Origin: a virus
Direction: 5' to 3' (one strand)
Virus record (IMG/VR): IMGVR_UViG_3300030060_004277
Span: 27,600 to 91,599 of that record
DNA: 64,000 nt
In this document: positions 24,370 to 34,070 of the stretch, one piece after another
Numbering within the stretch: position 1 is the stretch's first letter
How the letters are laid out: the number at the start of each line of letters is the position of its first letter
Program-made: the position numbers and the translations under genes
The notes under the pieces: model-generated
Told to the model about the DNA's origin: nothing
What the model saw: only the letters and a program-made list of their open reading frames with translations
Databases searched by the model: none

Positions 24370-27300
24370 TCATACCTCTAAATCGTCGTACTGCTCTTCC
24401 TTCTTCTTCTTTTCTTTAGGTTTCTTGGGGTAGTCTGAAGGTTTCTCTGGGTCTTGCTCAGGCCTCTCTTTCATGTCCCAGTCTGGGACTGCGTGCTCCG
24501 AAGTTAGTGAAGTTGGCCCTCGGGGACTGGCTATATCTGAGCCGACATCAATACCAAGAGCCCTACCACCGCTCATAGGGTAGTGACCGCTACCTGTCAT
24601 TTTCTCGAGTTTCTCTAATGCCTTCTCTATGAGAAGAAGGGCCTTCAGCGTGTCCTTCGGTTTGAGAAGCACATTCTTGTCCTTCTTGGGTTTGAGAAGC
24701 CCACCGCTCTGATGCTCTATTCTCCTAGCACGCTCATCAGTCATGCCCTCGTTTGATTCGTCCTCATCCCAATCAGCCCTATCCAACTCCTCTTTCAGGA
24801 GTTCTTTGAAACCTTGACGCCAATAGGGTTCTAGGCTGTTAGCGAGTCTCAATGAGTAATCTGACTTGGTTATGCTGCCTATCGCTGCGATTGGGTTGAC
24901 GGGTTCCTCATCTACTATCTCGTACTTCACCAAGTCCTCCGGTAGATGGAGAATGAAATGCCCCCTGTCCATCTCCATTGCGAAAGGTATGTGGATTTGC
25001 TCCTGTGCTTTTGCAAGCAGAACCCACTTCGGGTGTCTCTCCTCGCCTTTCATGTAAGTAGACTTGGCATCTCTCAAGAGTAGTTTCTGCCCACCACCAC
25101 CGAGGTCCTTGACTGCTTCCTCGAATCCCACATCGTCCGTGACACGTATGGATTCAGGGCTTGGGACATGCACAGGCTCATGACTGTCGAACTGTCCCCT
25201 GATTAGTTTGACCCTCTCTCTGGTAGTGAGGTCTGTGACGTCCGTGTCATCGTATAGCAGGATGTCATTGATGTGAATATCATCATCCACTATGGTGCAG
25301 TCGATTACGTAATCCCTCTGGCATACCTTCCTGAGCGCTGCTCTCATGTCATCGTCCACTCCGATTTTTTCGCCATCCTCATCGGTGATTTCTATCCTAC
25401 TGCCCTTCTTCTTGACCTTGACCCTCTGACCCTCGTGATACTTCGATACGACCCACTCGCCAGTGAATCCGCGTAGTTCCTCCATGTCATCGATTTCGAA
25501 TATCCTGTGAAGCGGGTCTATCAGTGGCATCTCCTTGGGCAACTCCGCCTTGAGCATCTTACCAATCGCATTGAAGTCGTCTATTGGTGCCATTCCGGTG
25601 TTCGGGTCCACAGCCATCTGGTTGTTTTGCAGACCTGATATCTGGGATAGTCCCGGTTGTGAGTAGAGGTCTTGCGTCCACTCGTCTCCGAATACGTAGT
25701 TCATCCAAGGCATGGAGACCGAGTTCAACAGAGTGTCACTGGGCATGTTGGTGCCAACCATGGGACTTCCCCTCGAATTGTACTCGACACCTATGCTAGG
25801 TGACATCGAGAATCCGAAGTCCATCCTGCCTGAGTTGTATATTGGTGAGATTACATTGCCCTCCATCTCAGGAACTGGTCTTATCGGCACAGACATTCTA
25901 CCGTGGACTGGTTTTGTCACACTACCAGCGCTGGCCTCCTCAAGGGGACCCGATTGCCCCTCATCAAATGTGAAGATGTGACTGGAGAGTGCCTTGTGCC
26001 TCTCCCTCTCCTTGGTCGTCGAGTCGATGTCCTTGTTAGGCGTCGGATGCTCCTGATGGCCGAGACCGTATGCGGTCATGTCACCCATCCTAGCCAATTG
26101 ACGAAGGAAGCCAAGAGAGCGATATGCCGTGTTGCCTGTGTTGAAGGCCTTAGCCTCCCTTAGGTTTCTAACAGGCACATTCTCAAAGCCATCGATGTGC
26201 TCTCTGAGGTTGTCTATGTCCTTGAACTCCGAGAACATGTTGTCCATCCTCGGATGAAGTTCCTCACCCATCGTGGTGACTTGTCCGAAGGTAGCAGCCT
26301 TCGTAGGACCGACTAACGTGGCTAGAGTGTCTTCGACTTGTTTGTTGTGGAACTCGTCATCAGGTAGACCTAGAGCCTGTCTTGCCTCCTCCACTTCCAT
26401 ATCAGGAGTCAGTTCCGTGCCTTTGTCCCTCAAGGCCATAGCGAGTTTCTTGTGAGGGGATGACTGTCCTCTGGATTCCAGTCTCTGTTCTAGGCTTTCC
26501 CTAGTCTCTTCCTTCTCGTGATACCCGTGGGTGCTGAGGTCATGGTCACCATCCACCATCAATCCTCGACTAGCGTCATGAGCGAGCCTCATCGCATTCG
26601 CCATGGCTGTGACCGGGTCACCTGTGTTGAACGCATCAGGGTTCTCCTTGAGCAACATGGGCAGTAGTTTTGTCTTGGCATACTCAGCAACTGCTCTCTT
26701 GTCAGCATCCAACTTCTCGGAGAACTCTCTGCTTAGTCTCTTACCGGATACTGTTGAGTCTGGTTCCAACTGTCCCATTCTGTATTGCTCATCCTGTGCT
26801 GTTAGTTTGTCTAGGTCGCCTCTCAGGATTTGCAGTTCCGCATCCCTTCTACTACTAGGGACTTTTCCGGACTCGATGTCCTCTATCCTCTCCATGATGT
26901 CATTCATCTCTGACAGCATGCCTCTACGATTATCGGTATCTGAGATTACCTTTCTCGCGTCTCCCAGATGCTGTAGGAACTCGGAGTGAAGAGTAGGTCT
27001 CGGTCCCAATTGAGGGTCGTTATAGAGGTCTCCGTAAGTGTGAACGAACTTACTCGATGGATTGAGTGGGTCATTGTACCTACCAAGGGCGAAGGCTAGT
27101 CTATGTGCGGAACCGGACCTATTCATGAGGGAGGCATCGCCCCTAGTCTCCGAGCCTATACCCGCATAGGGATGGAACTGCTGGAAGTCAGCGGCAGTCT
27201 CCCTGTCGAACTTCATGTCTTGGAAGTGAGTGTCAGATGTCGGTAGTTGGTTGTGTACGCTCCCCATCACCGAGGGGAAGAGCGTAGTGAGGTCATCGGT

Positions 27301-29562
27301 GTAGTTGTTGTGACTGCTTCTCGCCTTGTCGCTACCCTCGATGTCCCTCCTAGATACACCATATCTGCTGAGTATCTGCAAAGGGCTCATCGGTGACCTC
27401 TGTCCGGGCAGGATGGGAGATATGTGCAATCCACCGTACAGCCCCACTGTATCCGTTCTTGGCTCCAGAATACTCGTCTTCACACCTCCAAGGAGCGACT
27501 GCTCCCCTTCCGGGGTACCGAACTCCGGTCCACCTACTTCTGCTGGTCTTGGTTTTGGTGTGACTGACTGTTCCCCTTCTTTCTTGGTCATGAATGAGGA
27601 TTCTTCACCCTCACCGTATCTGTGATGATTGTGGATGAACTCACCATAGGTCGCTGGGTCTCTACCTAGGCCACCCCTGTCACCATAGTACTTGGTAGCC
27701 AGATGGCTGAGTCCCCTCATCTTGCCATCCATCGTGATGTAGTGGTCCTTGTGTCCATCCGGTAGGTCTGCTGCTCTGGGCGCGTTGAATCCTGACCTTA
27801 TGAAACCGTATCCGTTCTTGATGTCCTTGGATTGCATGCCCAGTGATACGTTTTGGTCATATTTGGATAGGACCTGCTCGACCACATCCTTACCCAGAAG
27901 TGGCCCATCATAGACCTCATCAGGTAGTGTGGAGTGCTTATCAAGGGGATTCAACTGATTGTCATATCCGGCAAGACTGAGGAATCCTTCCCTACTGAGT
28001 GCTGCTTCATTGGAACTATTCGCATGGTCCCTGAATGCCTTTGCTGGTGACTCGTTGGTCTCCAAGAATGACTTCAATCTATTTCGACCGAAGTCATCAT
28101 GAGTGAAGAGATTGGGTATCTCATGAATGTCATCCATGTCAGAGCCTTGATTCAAGAGTGAGGTCAGTCCGTTGAGCAGGTTGTCATAGGCATTGGTCTT
28201 GTCATCTACGCTGACATTCCTGAGAGCAGATGCTATGCCACCTTCCGAGCCTTTGAACTTGGAGTCTGACTCGGACTCGATGGTCTTCGGCACATTAGGC
28301 GCTGAAGCCCCATGACCCCTGCTGAACCAATGCTTCTCAGGTCCAGCGTTCATCTCTAGGTTCTTCTTGAGTCTGGTCATGGGGAACTCCTTGCCATCAG
28401 ATAGGGTGACCAACTGATGCTCGGGGTCATCACTCCCATTGTCATCAAGATGCTGGAGTATCTTGGTTCGGTCCTCTGGCTTCAGGAAGTACATGCCTTT
28501 CTTCAGAGTGTCCCAACCCATGGAATGACTGTGCTTCATTGGATAGGATTCCGCTGCCTCTGGACCGAACTCAGTGACGAAGTCTGCTCTCTCTTGGTCG
28601 GTCATGCCCTCAGTCGGGTCGACAGTCGTAGTGGTAGTACCACCCAATGACATCTTGTCCATCCTGTCTTTGAAGTGCTGCATCTGCATGGCTCTCTCCT
28701 TGCTCTCCTCTGACAATCCAGAGAATTTTTCCTCGAGAGCAGCCATATCAGTGGCCTCCTCTTCCTTCCATCTCTCATAGTCGTTCATGCGTGTCGTTTC
28801 CATGTGGTCATAGGGGCTGTCGACGTTGTTCGACTTGGGACCACCGAGGAAGGAGTATGCGATATCACCACCACCCCTGTCTACACCTTCGTATATCGGG
28901 GAGCCTAGTTTTCTGTGGTGCTTCTCATGAGCATCCTCGACTCTCATGGCTTGCTTGGCGAAGGACTCCTCTTCAGGAGCCTCTGCCATCTTCTCATGGA
29001 AGTCATCCTCCCACCATGGTGTGTCATCGTGGCCGAAGTACTTCTCGAAGAGCATAGACTCGTACTTGGGTCTACCAGTCACTGTGTTCTGCATCCTCAT
29101 AGGATGGATATCCTCATGGAAGGGATGGTGAATTGGATAGTGGCCATCTTCGTCAGGTTTCGCTCCGGGCCATTTCCCGTGGGCCATACCTGTATCATGA
29201 CCACCTGTCATTCTCCCTTGGTAATGATGGTCAGTCATGTACTGGGGTAGGAGTCTGGAGATGTTTCTTGTGAAGGAAGAGGGTTTGCCTCTCGGTTTTA
29301 TGGTCCTCTCGACATCAGGCTCGGTGCGCTCTAGGTAATCTACCAGTTCCTGTCCCGAGAGAGTCTGCTTCAGGATGTCTGTAGCGGCTTTGAGACAAAC
29401 TAGGTCATCATTGGTGGCTTCGTAGTCCATGCCTGAGCGAATTATGTTCTCGACCGAGACTAGGTAATGACCAGCCTCTTGCTCGTAATCATAGCCCTGT
29501 GTGATTGATTTGAGTAAATCGGCTCTGTTCCTCGCAAGAACCTCTAGCCCATCCTCTCGCAC
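24370..29562 (-). CDS. 1730-aa head-module protein with C-terminal degenerate ATP-dependent DNA ligase-like domain
   Basis: WVVSKYHEGQR, YVIDC, INDILLYDDTDV..L...ER, LLLRDAKSTYMKG....KWVLL follow ligase motif order; N-terminal ~1330 aa unrecognised. Confidence 0.7.
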   Translation of the reverse strand: MREDGLEVLARNRADLLKSITQGYDYEQEAGHYLVSVENIIRSGMDYEATNDDLVCLKAATDILKQTLSGQELVDYLERTEPDVERTIKPRGKPSSFTRNISRLLPQYMTDHHYQGRMTGGHDTGMAHGKWPGAKPDEDGHYPIHHPFHEDIHPMRMQNTVTGRPKYESMLFEKYFGHDDTPWWEDDFHEKMAEAPEEESFAKQAMRVEDAHEKHHRKLGSPIYEGVDRGGGDIAYSFLGGPKSNNVDSPYDHMETTRMNDYERWKEEEATDMAALEEKFSGLSEESKERAMQMQHFKDRMDKMSLGGTTTTTVDPTEGMTDQERADFVTEFGPEAAESYPMKHSHSMGWDTLKKGMYFLKPEDRTKILQHLDDNGSDDPEHQLVTLSDGKEFPMTRLKKNLEMNAGPEKHWFSRGHGASAPNVPKTIESESDSKFKGSEGGIASALRNVSVDDKTNAYDNLLNGLTSLLNQGSDMDDIHEIPNLFTHDDFGRNRLKSFLETNESPAKAFRDHANSSNEAALSREGFLSLAGYDNQLNPLDKHSTLPDEVYDGPLLGKDVVEQVLSKYDQNVSLGMQSKDIKNGYGFIRSGFNAPRAADLPDGHKDHYITMDGKMRGLSHLATKYYGDRGGLGRDPATYGEFIHNHHRYGEGEESSFMTKKEGEQSVTPKPRPAEVGGPEFGTPEGEQSLLGGVKTSILEPRTDTVGLYGGLHISPILPGQRSPMSPLQILSRYGVSRRDIEGSDKARSSHNNYTDDLTTLFPSVMGSVHNQLPTSDTHFQDMKFDRETAADFQQFHPYAGIGSETRGDASLMNRSGSAHRLAFALGRYNDPLNPSSKFVHTYGDLYNDPQLGPRPTLHSEFLQHLGDARKVISDTDNRRGMLSEMNDIMERIEDIESGKVPSSRRDAELQILRGDLDKLTAQDEQYRMGQLEPDSTVSGKRLSREFSEKLDADKRAVAEYAKTKLLPMLLKENPDAFNTGDPVTAMANAMRLAHDASRGLMVDGDHDLSTHGYHEKEETRESLEQRLESRGQSSPHKKLAMALRDKGTELTPDMEVEEARQALGLPDDEFHNKQVEDTLATLVGPTKAATFGQVTTMGEELHPRMDNMFSEFKDIDNLREHIDGFENVPVRNLREAKAFNTGNTAYRSLGFLRQLARMGDMTAYGLGHQEHPTPNKDIDSTTKERERHKALSSHIFTFDEGQSGPLEEASAGSVTKPVHGRMSVPIRPVPEMEGNVISPIYNSGRMDFGFSMSPSIGVEYNSRGSPMVGTNMPSDTLLNSVSMPWMNYVFGDEWTQDLYSQPGLSQISGLQNNQMAVDPNTGMAPIDDFNAIGKMLKAELPKEMPLIDPLHRIFEIDDMEELRGFTGEWVVSKYHEGQRVKVKKKGSRIEITDEDGEKIGVDDDMRAALRKVCQRDYVIDCTIVDDDIHINDILLYDDTDVTDLTTRERVKLIRGQFDSHEPVHVPSPESIRVTDDVGFEEAVKDLGGGGQKLLLRDAKSTYMKGEERHPKWVLLAKAQEQIHIPFAMEMDRGHFILHLPEDLVKYEIVDEEPVNPIAAIGSITKSDYSLRLANSLEPYWRQGFKELLKEELDRADWDEDESNEGMTDERARRIEHQSGGLLKPKKDKNVLLKPKDTLKALLLIEKALEKLEKMTGSGHYPMSGGRALGIDVGSDIASPRGPTSLTSEHAVPDWDMKERPEQDPEKPSDYPKKPKEKKKKEEQYDDLEV

Positions 29563-29574
29563 TTGACCACCTTC

Positions 29575-29727
29575 TCACCCCATCGCTGGTGCGTACTGTG
29601 CACATTCACTCAGACTCTGTCCTTCATGACCGGGTACTTTGCAACCCTCGTACGCATTAGCACCACACCTAGCGCAGGGGCCCATTACGGCTGGTGCCTT
29701 TCTTACTGCCACATAACCCACGTTCAT
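29575..29727 (-). CDS. 50-aa Cys-rich protein (not in ORF track)
   Basis: MNVGYVAVRKAPAVMGPCARCGANAYEGCKVPGHEGQSLSECAQYAPAMG; ATGA overlap with upstream stop. Confidence 0.65.
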   Translation of the reverse strand: MNVGYVAVRKAPAVMGPCARCGANAYEGCKVPGHEGQSLSECAQYAPAMG

Positions 29728-30344
29728 CCCTCTGTCTGGTGACCGGGGGCAGGATTATCGTGTGGATTCTGGTTCCTGTTCAAAGACTCGAGATTTACAG
29801 TGGAGGACGATGCGCCTTTGTTGGCGACGTCCTCTGAATCCAGTAGGCTGTTGTTAGTGCTGTACTGTTGATGGTAGGTATTACCACCGGTCTCAATCAT
29901 GAACTGTGTGGACTCAGGATTCGTGTTGAAAGTCTGTATCTTGTGCTGTGAGCCTTTCTTCATATCAACCGATGCCTTGCCCATGCAACCCATCTTCATG
30001 CACATGCCCTTCTCCATGTCCATCTTCTTCTCACCACAGGTTGGGCACATTCCCATGCCCTTTCCCTTCTCGACTTTGTCGACGCTCTTATCACATTGCG
30101 CTTTTTCCTTTGCCGTGCACTCAGAGTATTTCTTACCGAAGTTCTTCTGACAGTATTTGTCTTTCTCACTCATGTCGGCTTTCTTCTTCTCGTCTTTAGC
30201 ACCCTTGCCATCTGCCGCGAATGCAGGAACCTTCTTGCCCTCATGTTCGACCATATCCAATTTTTCAGCCTTCTCAAGTAGGCTCTTGGCTCTCTTTAGC
30301 AGTTCAAATGCCTCGCCTGAGGCCGGGCTTGGTATGGGTCTCAT
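29724..30344 (-). CDS. Lys/Met-rich putative internal head protein
   Basis: 206 aa; EAFELLKR, many xxK[A/G/S] sites, GKKVPAFAADGKG motif. Confidence 0.65.
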   Translation of the reverse strand: MRPIPSPASGEAFELLKRAKSLLEKAEKLDMVEHEGKKVPAFAADGKGAKDEKKKADMSEKDKYCQKNFGKKYSECTAKEKAQCDKSVDKVEKGKGMGMCPTCGEKKMDMEKGMCMKMGCMGKASVDMKKGSQHKIQTFNTNPESTQFMIETGGNTYHQQYSTNNSLLDSEDVANKGASSSTVNLESLNRNQNPHDNPAPGHQTEG

Positions 30345-30345
30345 T

Positions 30346-30696
30346 TCAATACAACTCCTTTACTTCTCTGGTCTGCTCGGCCATCTCGTGGATTTCCGAC
30401 CAACTTAGATTGTGTATCTCCTCATTGCTGTACTCGTTGTTATCAGACTTGGTAACAGCACTGGCATCATCGACTGGTAGGTCACCGCGTAGTGGGTCAT
30501 AACCGACATCGACACTGAGAGGAGTTCTTGCGGTGACGTATCCCGCCTTCTTCAGCAGAGCGGCGGGTGAATCTACCATTCTCTTTAGTGCGGCGTTCTC
30601 TGCCTTTAGAATTTGAACCTCGTTGTCGATGCTCTCCATCTTGGTGATGAGAGTATTCATCAGTTTCTCTGCGCCGCCCTCTTCCATCAGTTTCAC
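30346..30696 (-). CDS. Small scaffold-like protein
   Basis: Coiled coil plus C-terminal NLSWSEIHEMA matching the protease-scaffold end SMSWSEVHNLA. Confidence 0.65.
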   Translation of the reverse strand: MKLMEEGGAEKLMNTLITKMESIDNEVQILKAENAALKRMVDSPAALLKKAGYVTARTPLSVDVGYDPLRGDLPVDDASAVTKSDNNEYSNEEIHNLSWSEIHEMAEQTREVKELY

Positions 30697-31058
30697 TCAC
30701 CGGGTCCGACGTATCTACCGAATGTGCTTCTTGCTTTCTGCATTCGTGAGTTTGTTCTCGCTGACATTATTGTTCCGGGTAGTTGAATATCCCTGTTCGC
30801 TGGGTCGAATGACGAGCCAGATTCGTTGAAGGATGCTGTTGGGACACCGTTTGCGAATACAGTCAGAGGGTCAGATGCGGCCTCCTCTGCTTTCTTGATT
30901 GCGTAGACAAGGTCCTCCTCTAGGTAAGAACTGAGTTTCTTTATCTCAGAAAGGTGCATTCTTGCTGCCTCTGGTTCTCCCGCTTCTATGGCCTTGGCAA
31001 AGGCCTCATTGTGTACGTTCATTTTTCTTGCCATAGGGTGCATCTTGACTAAGTCCAT
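30693..31058 (-). CDS. Hypothetical head-module protein
   Basis: 121 aa, translationally coupled to next gene. Confidence 0.65.
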   Translation of the reverse strand: MDLVKMHPMARKMNVHNEAFAKAIEAGEPEAARMHLSEIKKLSSYLEEDLVYAIKKAEEAASDPLTVFANGVPTASFNESGSSFDPANRDIQLPGTIMSARTNSRMQKARSTFGRYVGPGE

Positions 31059-31096
31059 GGTAATCTCGCCCTGCTCGTAAACGTCACGACTTTTAA

Positions 31097-32872
31097 TTAT
31101 GCACCCCGAAACCGTCTCGCATTCATTAAAGCACGACTATTTTGCTCCTGCTGTGAGGGTTGCGCACCTCGTTGTTGAACTGAAGATATTGGAGAGCCAG
31201 AGCCAGCCACTGTTCGACGTTGAGGAGCGGCTGGTCCTCTGGGTGTTCTGATACCAACACCCTCTCCTCCGGGTTGTGAGGGTGGCATCATTTGCCTCAT
31301 CATATTCGGTGGTAGTTGTTGGTTAAGGCCAGTTGCGCCGACAGGACCACCCGGTATCGGTGGTGCCTGACCGGGTGGCATACCCATCGCACCCATGGGT
31401 GGCATACCCGGTGGCATACCCGGTGGCATACCCTGTTGCATTCCATCCTCAGGCTGTATTTTTCTGTAGGAGAACCTGATGTCCCTGTCTCCTTCCTCTA
31501 GTAATTCAGGCTTGTATCCGAGCATCTGCATCCTCTGAGCGAGGTTGACTTCCATCTCGTCTCTCCTGAGTCTGGTAATCTCGTCCTCTTCCTCATTCGG
31601 ATAGAGGGTAATCTTCCAATCCGTTATGCCCATCTCTCTTAGCATTCTTGGGAATAGTATGTCCGTGTATACCTTCTGACCGAACTCCACTGCTCTGTTC
31701 GTGACTAGAATCTGCATGCCTTCGTTGCCGAGCCCACCGCTCTTCCCGCTATCGACCATGAAGATGCTGCTAACACCATAGTAGGCTGCTATCCTGTTTC
31801 TAATCTCATCCCTGACAGCGGTGTACTGCATCTCCTCTAGGGTGTCCATGAACTTGACCCAATTCACTCCACCTCTGCCGGTCTGACTCTCAATACCGAC
31901 TTTAGGGATGTAATGAGGGTCTCTTTCCATCTTCTCATCGACCGATTTCCAGAACGACTTCATTGACTCTAGGTTGTCAGTTGTGACCGATATGATACCC
32001 TTTGGCGTCCTTCTCTTCTGGTATGCTGTGTACATGTAGTTATCCATGGCGGTCAAGGTCATCGCTTGACGCCACATAGTATTGACTGGGCTCCTGCCAT
32101 ACAGTTTGCTTGGTGAGTACTTGCTGATGTGAATGACCTCACCTTCTAGGTAATACTGGGTCTTGCCACTACCAGCCATGTTAGCATAGTGCGCATCCTG
32201 CATGTGGTTACCACACACAGTGCACTTCTCCTCCTGTCCGGGGTAGGCGATTTGGTCTCTGTGAATCGGGCAGACCTTGTACCTACCACCTCTGACTCCC
32301 CTCTTGTCTGATATGATTCTCATGAAGATGGGGTCACCGCGAATGACCTCTCTTATTCTATAGTGTTGTATCTCGCCGGTATCAGGGTCGATGTAATAAT
32401 CCTTGACGAGTATGAGGAAGGCATCATCCACGACGTTCAGGTCCTTCTCCAATTCGAACATGACTTGCATGAAACCCTGCTCCATCGAGTTCTCGCCCCT
32501 CAACAGCCATTTCGCGTATGTGGTCTGATGAGGGTCGGGTCCTCTTACCTCACCACCGCAGATATCACAGACATCCAAGTCGAATTGATACTCCTCATCA
32601 CATTCGACGCATTTCTTCTGGAACTTCTTCTCCCAGTAGTATCCTCTTCTGAAAATCTCCTGTTGAAGTTTTGAGATGACTGTCCTAAGAATCAGATTCT
32701 CGTGTGACACTGCATATAGCGCAGGTATGGTAATGCCCTGAGCCAGAACAGGCTCTTGTATGCCTGTGGTGTATAACGGCATCTGAGGCTCAGGGGTCGA
32801 ACGAATCCTGAAAGGACCCCTTATTGCGTCTATAAATCGGCCTATTGGGCCCCTCTCTGTTTCATCAGCCAT
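31097..32872 (-). CDS. Portal protein
   Basis: EVIHISKYSPSKLYGRSP, TPKGIISV, RNRIAAYYGVSSIFM; two Zn-ribbon inserts; start MADET at 32872 overlaps upstream TAA. Confidence 0.85.
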   Translation of the reverse strand: MADETERGPIGRFIDAIRGPFRIRSTPEPQMPLYTTGIQEPVLAQGITIPALYAVSHENLILRTVISKLQQEIFRRGYYWEKKFQKKCVECDEEYQFDLDVCDICGGEVRGPDPHQTTYAKWLLRGENSMEQGFMQVMFELEKDLNVVDDAFLILVKDYYIDPDTGEIQHYRIREVIRGDPIFMRIISDKRGVRGGRYKVCPIHRDQIAYPGQEEKCTVCGNHMQDAHYANMAGSGKTQYYLEGEVIHISKYSPSKLYGRSPVNTMWRQAMTLTAMDNYMYTAYQKRRTPKGIISVTTDNLESMKSFWKSVDEKMERDPHYIPKVGIESQTGRGGVNWVKFMDTLEEMQYTAVRDEIRNRIAAYYGVSSIFMVDSGKSGGLGNEGMQILVTNRAVEFGQKVYTDILFPRMLREMGITDWKITLYPNEEEDEITRLRRDEMEVNLAQRMQMLGYKPELLEEGDRDIRFSYRKIQPEDGMQQGMPPGMPPGMPPMGAMGMPPGQAPPIPGGPVGATGLNQQLPPNMMRQMMPPSQPGGEGVGIRTPRGPAAPQRRTVAGSGSPISSVQQRGAQPSQQEQNSRALMNARRFRGA

Positions 32873-34014
32873 TACAATCTCTCCTGCCACTTAGCAACGT
32901 CGTCGGCACTTACGCCCCACTCTGCGAGTAGGGTCTCGCTCTTTGCCTTGTCGTCGCTCCAGTTCGAGTACCTTACTACCCTTTTGAGTTCCTCTTTTCT
33001 CATGGAGTCATCCTCCTCAAGGAAGGCAAGCACTGCTTTTGCCTGTGTTTTCTTCATCTGTAGATGAGGCATAATCTTGTCGAGTAGTTTCCTGATATCA
33101 CCTTTGGAGTAGAACTGCAATCTGTGTTGACTCCTCTGGCTGTCCTTATACACCTTCTGGTCCAACTGAAGAACACCGCAATCAAGGACTTTTCTGAGTT
33201 CTTCGCAATGCAGCCTGCCCCTCGTACCGGTGGCAATAAACCCTGCTCGGGGCTCACCCCTCTTGGTTATGGTGATATATCCGTCAGCATCGAGGAATCC
33301 GGCAGCGTATGCATACGGGTCTTTGAGCACAAGACCGTTCTTGTCCATCTTTACGAAAGTGCCTCTCTGTGCACCGTTGACTATGTCCACCTCCTCACCA
33401 TACAATGAGAGCAGTTTGGATAGTTTGTTTGCAGTGAGACCGGGCATCTTCTCGATGTTGTCGGATTCGAAGAGTGCTCTGGCACTCATCGGCCCGTTCA
33501 TCTTCAGGAGACTAGAACACTTGGCTATCGTCTCCTGTTCCTTTTCCGTGAGTCTCGTCATCTGGGACAACGTGGACTTCCACATCTTCCTAGCATCCTT
33601 CCTCATGTTCATAGAGTCTACCCAAGCGACTCTTTCCTCATCACCCCAGACATCCTCGTGGTCTGCGAGCATCTTGAGAGTCTCCTCTCCCTTTCTCCAA
33701 AGCCTGCATGCTTTGATTAGACTGACTTTCCTAGAGTCGGAGAACTTTCTCAGAGACTTCAGACTCCTGTCGGACAAGTCAAAGTTCCTTATCTCCTTGA
33801 TGTAGTCGTTAGCCCAGTCTATCTCATTGAGAGTCATCTGCACTTCCATTGACTTGAGTGTTCGGACATCCTCAATCAGAGCGTCTATGTCCTGCTTCTC
33901 ATCCTTGTTATGCCTTCTCGCTTTCCGCAGTCTGTGCACTACGTCAGTGGCAGAGATGCCGAGGTTGTCCTCGAACCACCCTTCGCCACTCTTGGAGAAG
34001 TTGCTCATCTCCAT
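32872..34014 (-). CDS. Single-motif LAGLIDADG endonuclease-family protein with long N-terminal extension
   Basis: AYAAGFLDADGYITIT...IRKLLDKIMPHLQMKKTQA. Confidence 0.85.
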   Translation of the reverse strand: MEMSNFSKSGEGWFEDNLGISATDVVHRLRKARRHNKDEKQDIDALIEDVRTLKSMEVQMTLNEIDWANDYIKEIRNFDLSDRSLKSLRKFSDSRKVSLIKACRLWRKGEETLKMLADHEDVWGDEERVAWVDSMNMRKDARKMWKSTLSQMTRLTEKEQETIAKCSSLLKMNGPMSARALFESDNIEKMPGLTANKLSKLLSLYGEEVDIVNGAQRGTFVKMDKNGLVLKDPYAYAAGFLDADGYITITKRGEPRAGFIATGTRGRLHCEELRKVLDCGVLQLDQKVYKDSQRSQHRLQFYSKGDIRKLLDKIMPHLQMKKTQAKAVLAFLEEDDSMRKEELKRVVRYSNWSDDKAKSETLLAEWGVSADDVAKWQERL

Positions 34015-34070
34015 ACCGTCCTGTTCTCATTGTCATCCTTTACGTGAGTTGTATTGTTGTTCATCTTCAT

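Noticed and set aside
32872-34014. LAGLIDADG as an intein or intron within terL or portal
   Set aside because: It has its own start and stop, lacks intein splice residues, and both neighbours appear complete
34005-34070. 21-codon ORF MKMNNNTTHVKDDNENRTVWR between terL and LAGLIDADG
   Set aside because: Too short to support; out of frame with the LAGLIDADG gene and no clear slippery site
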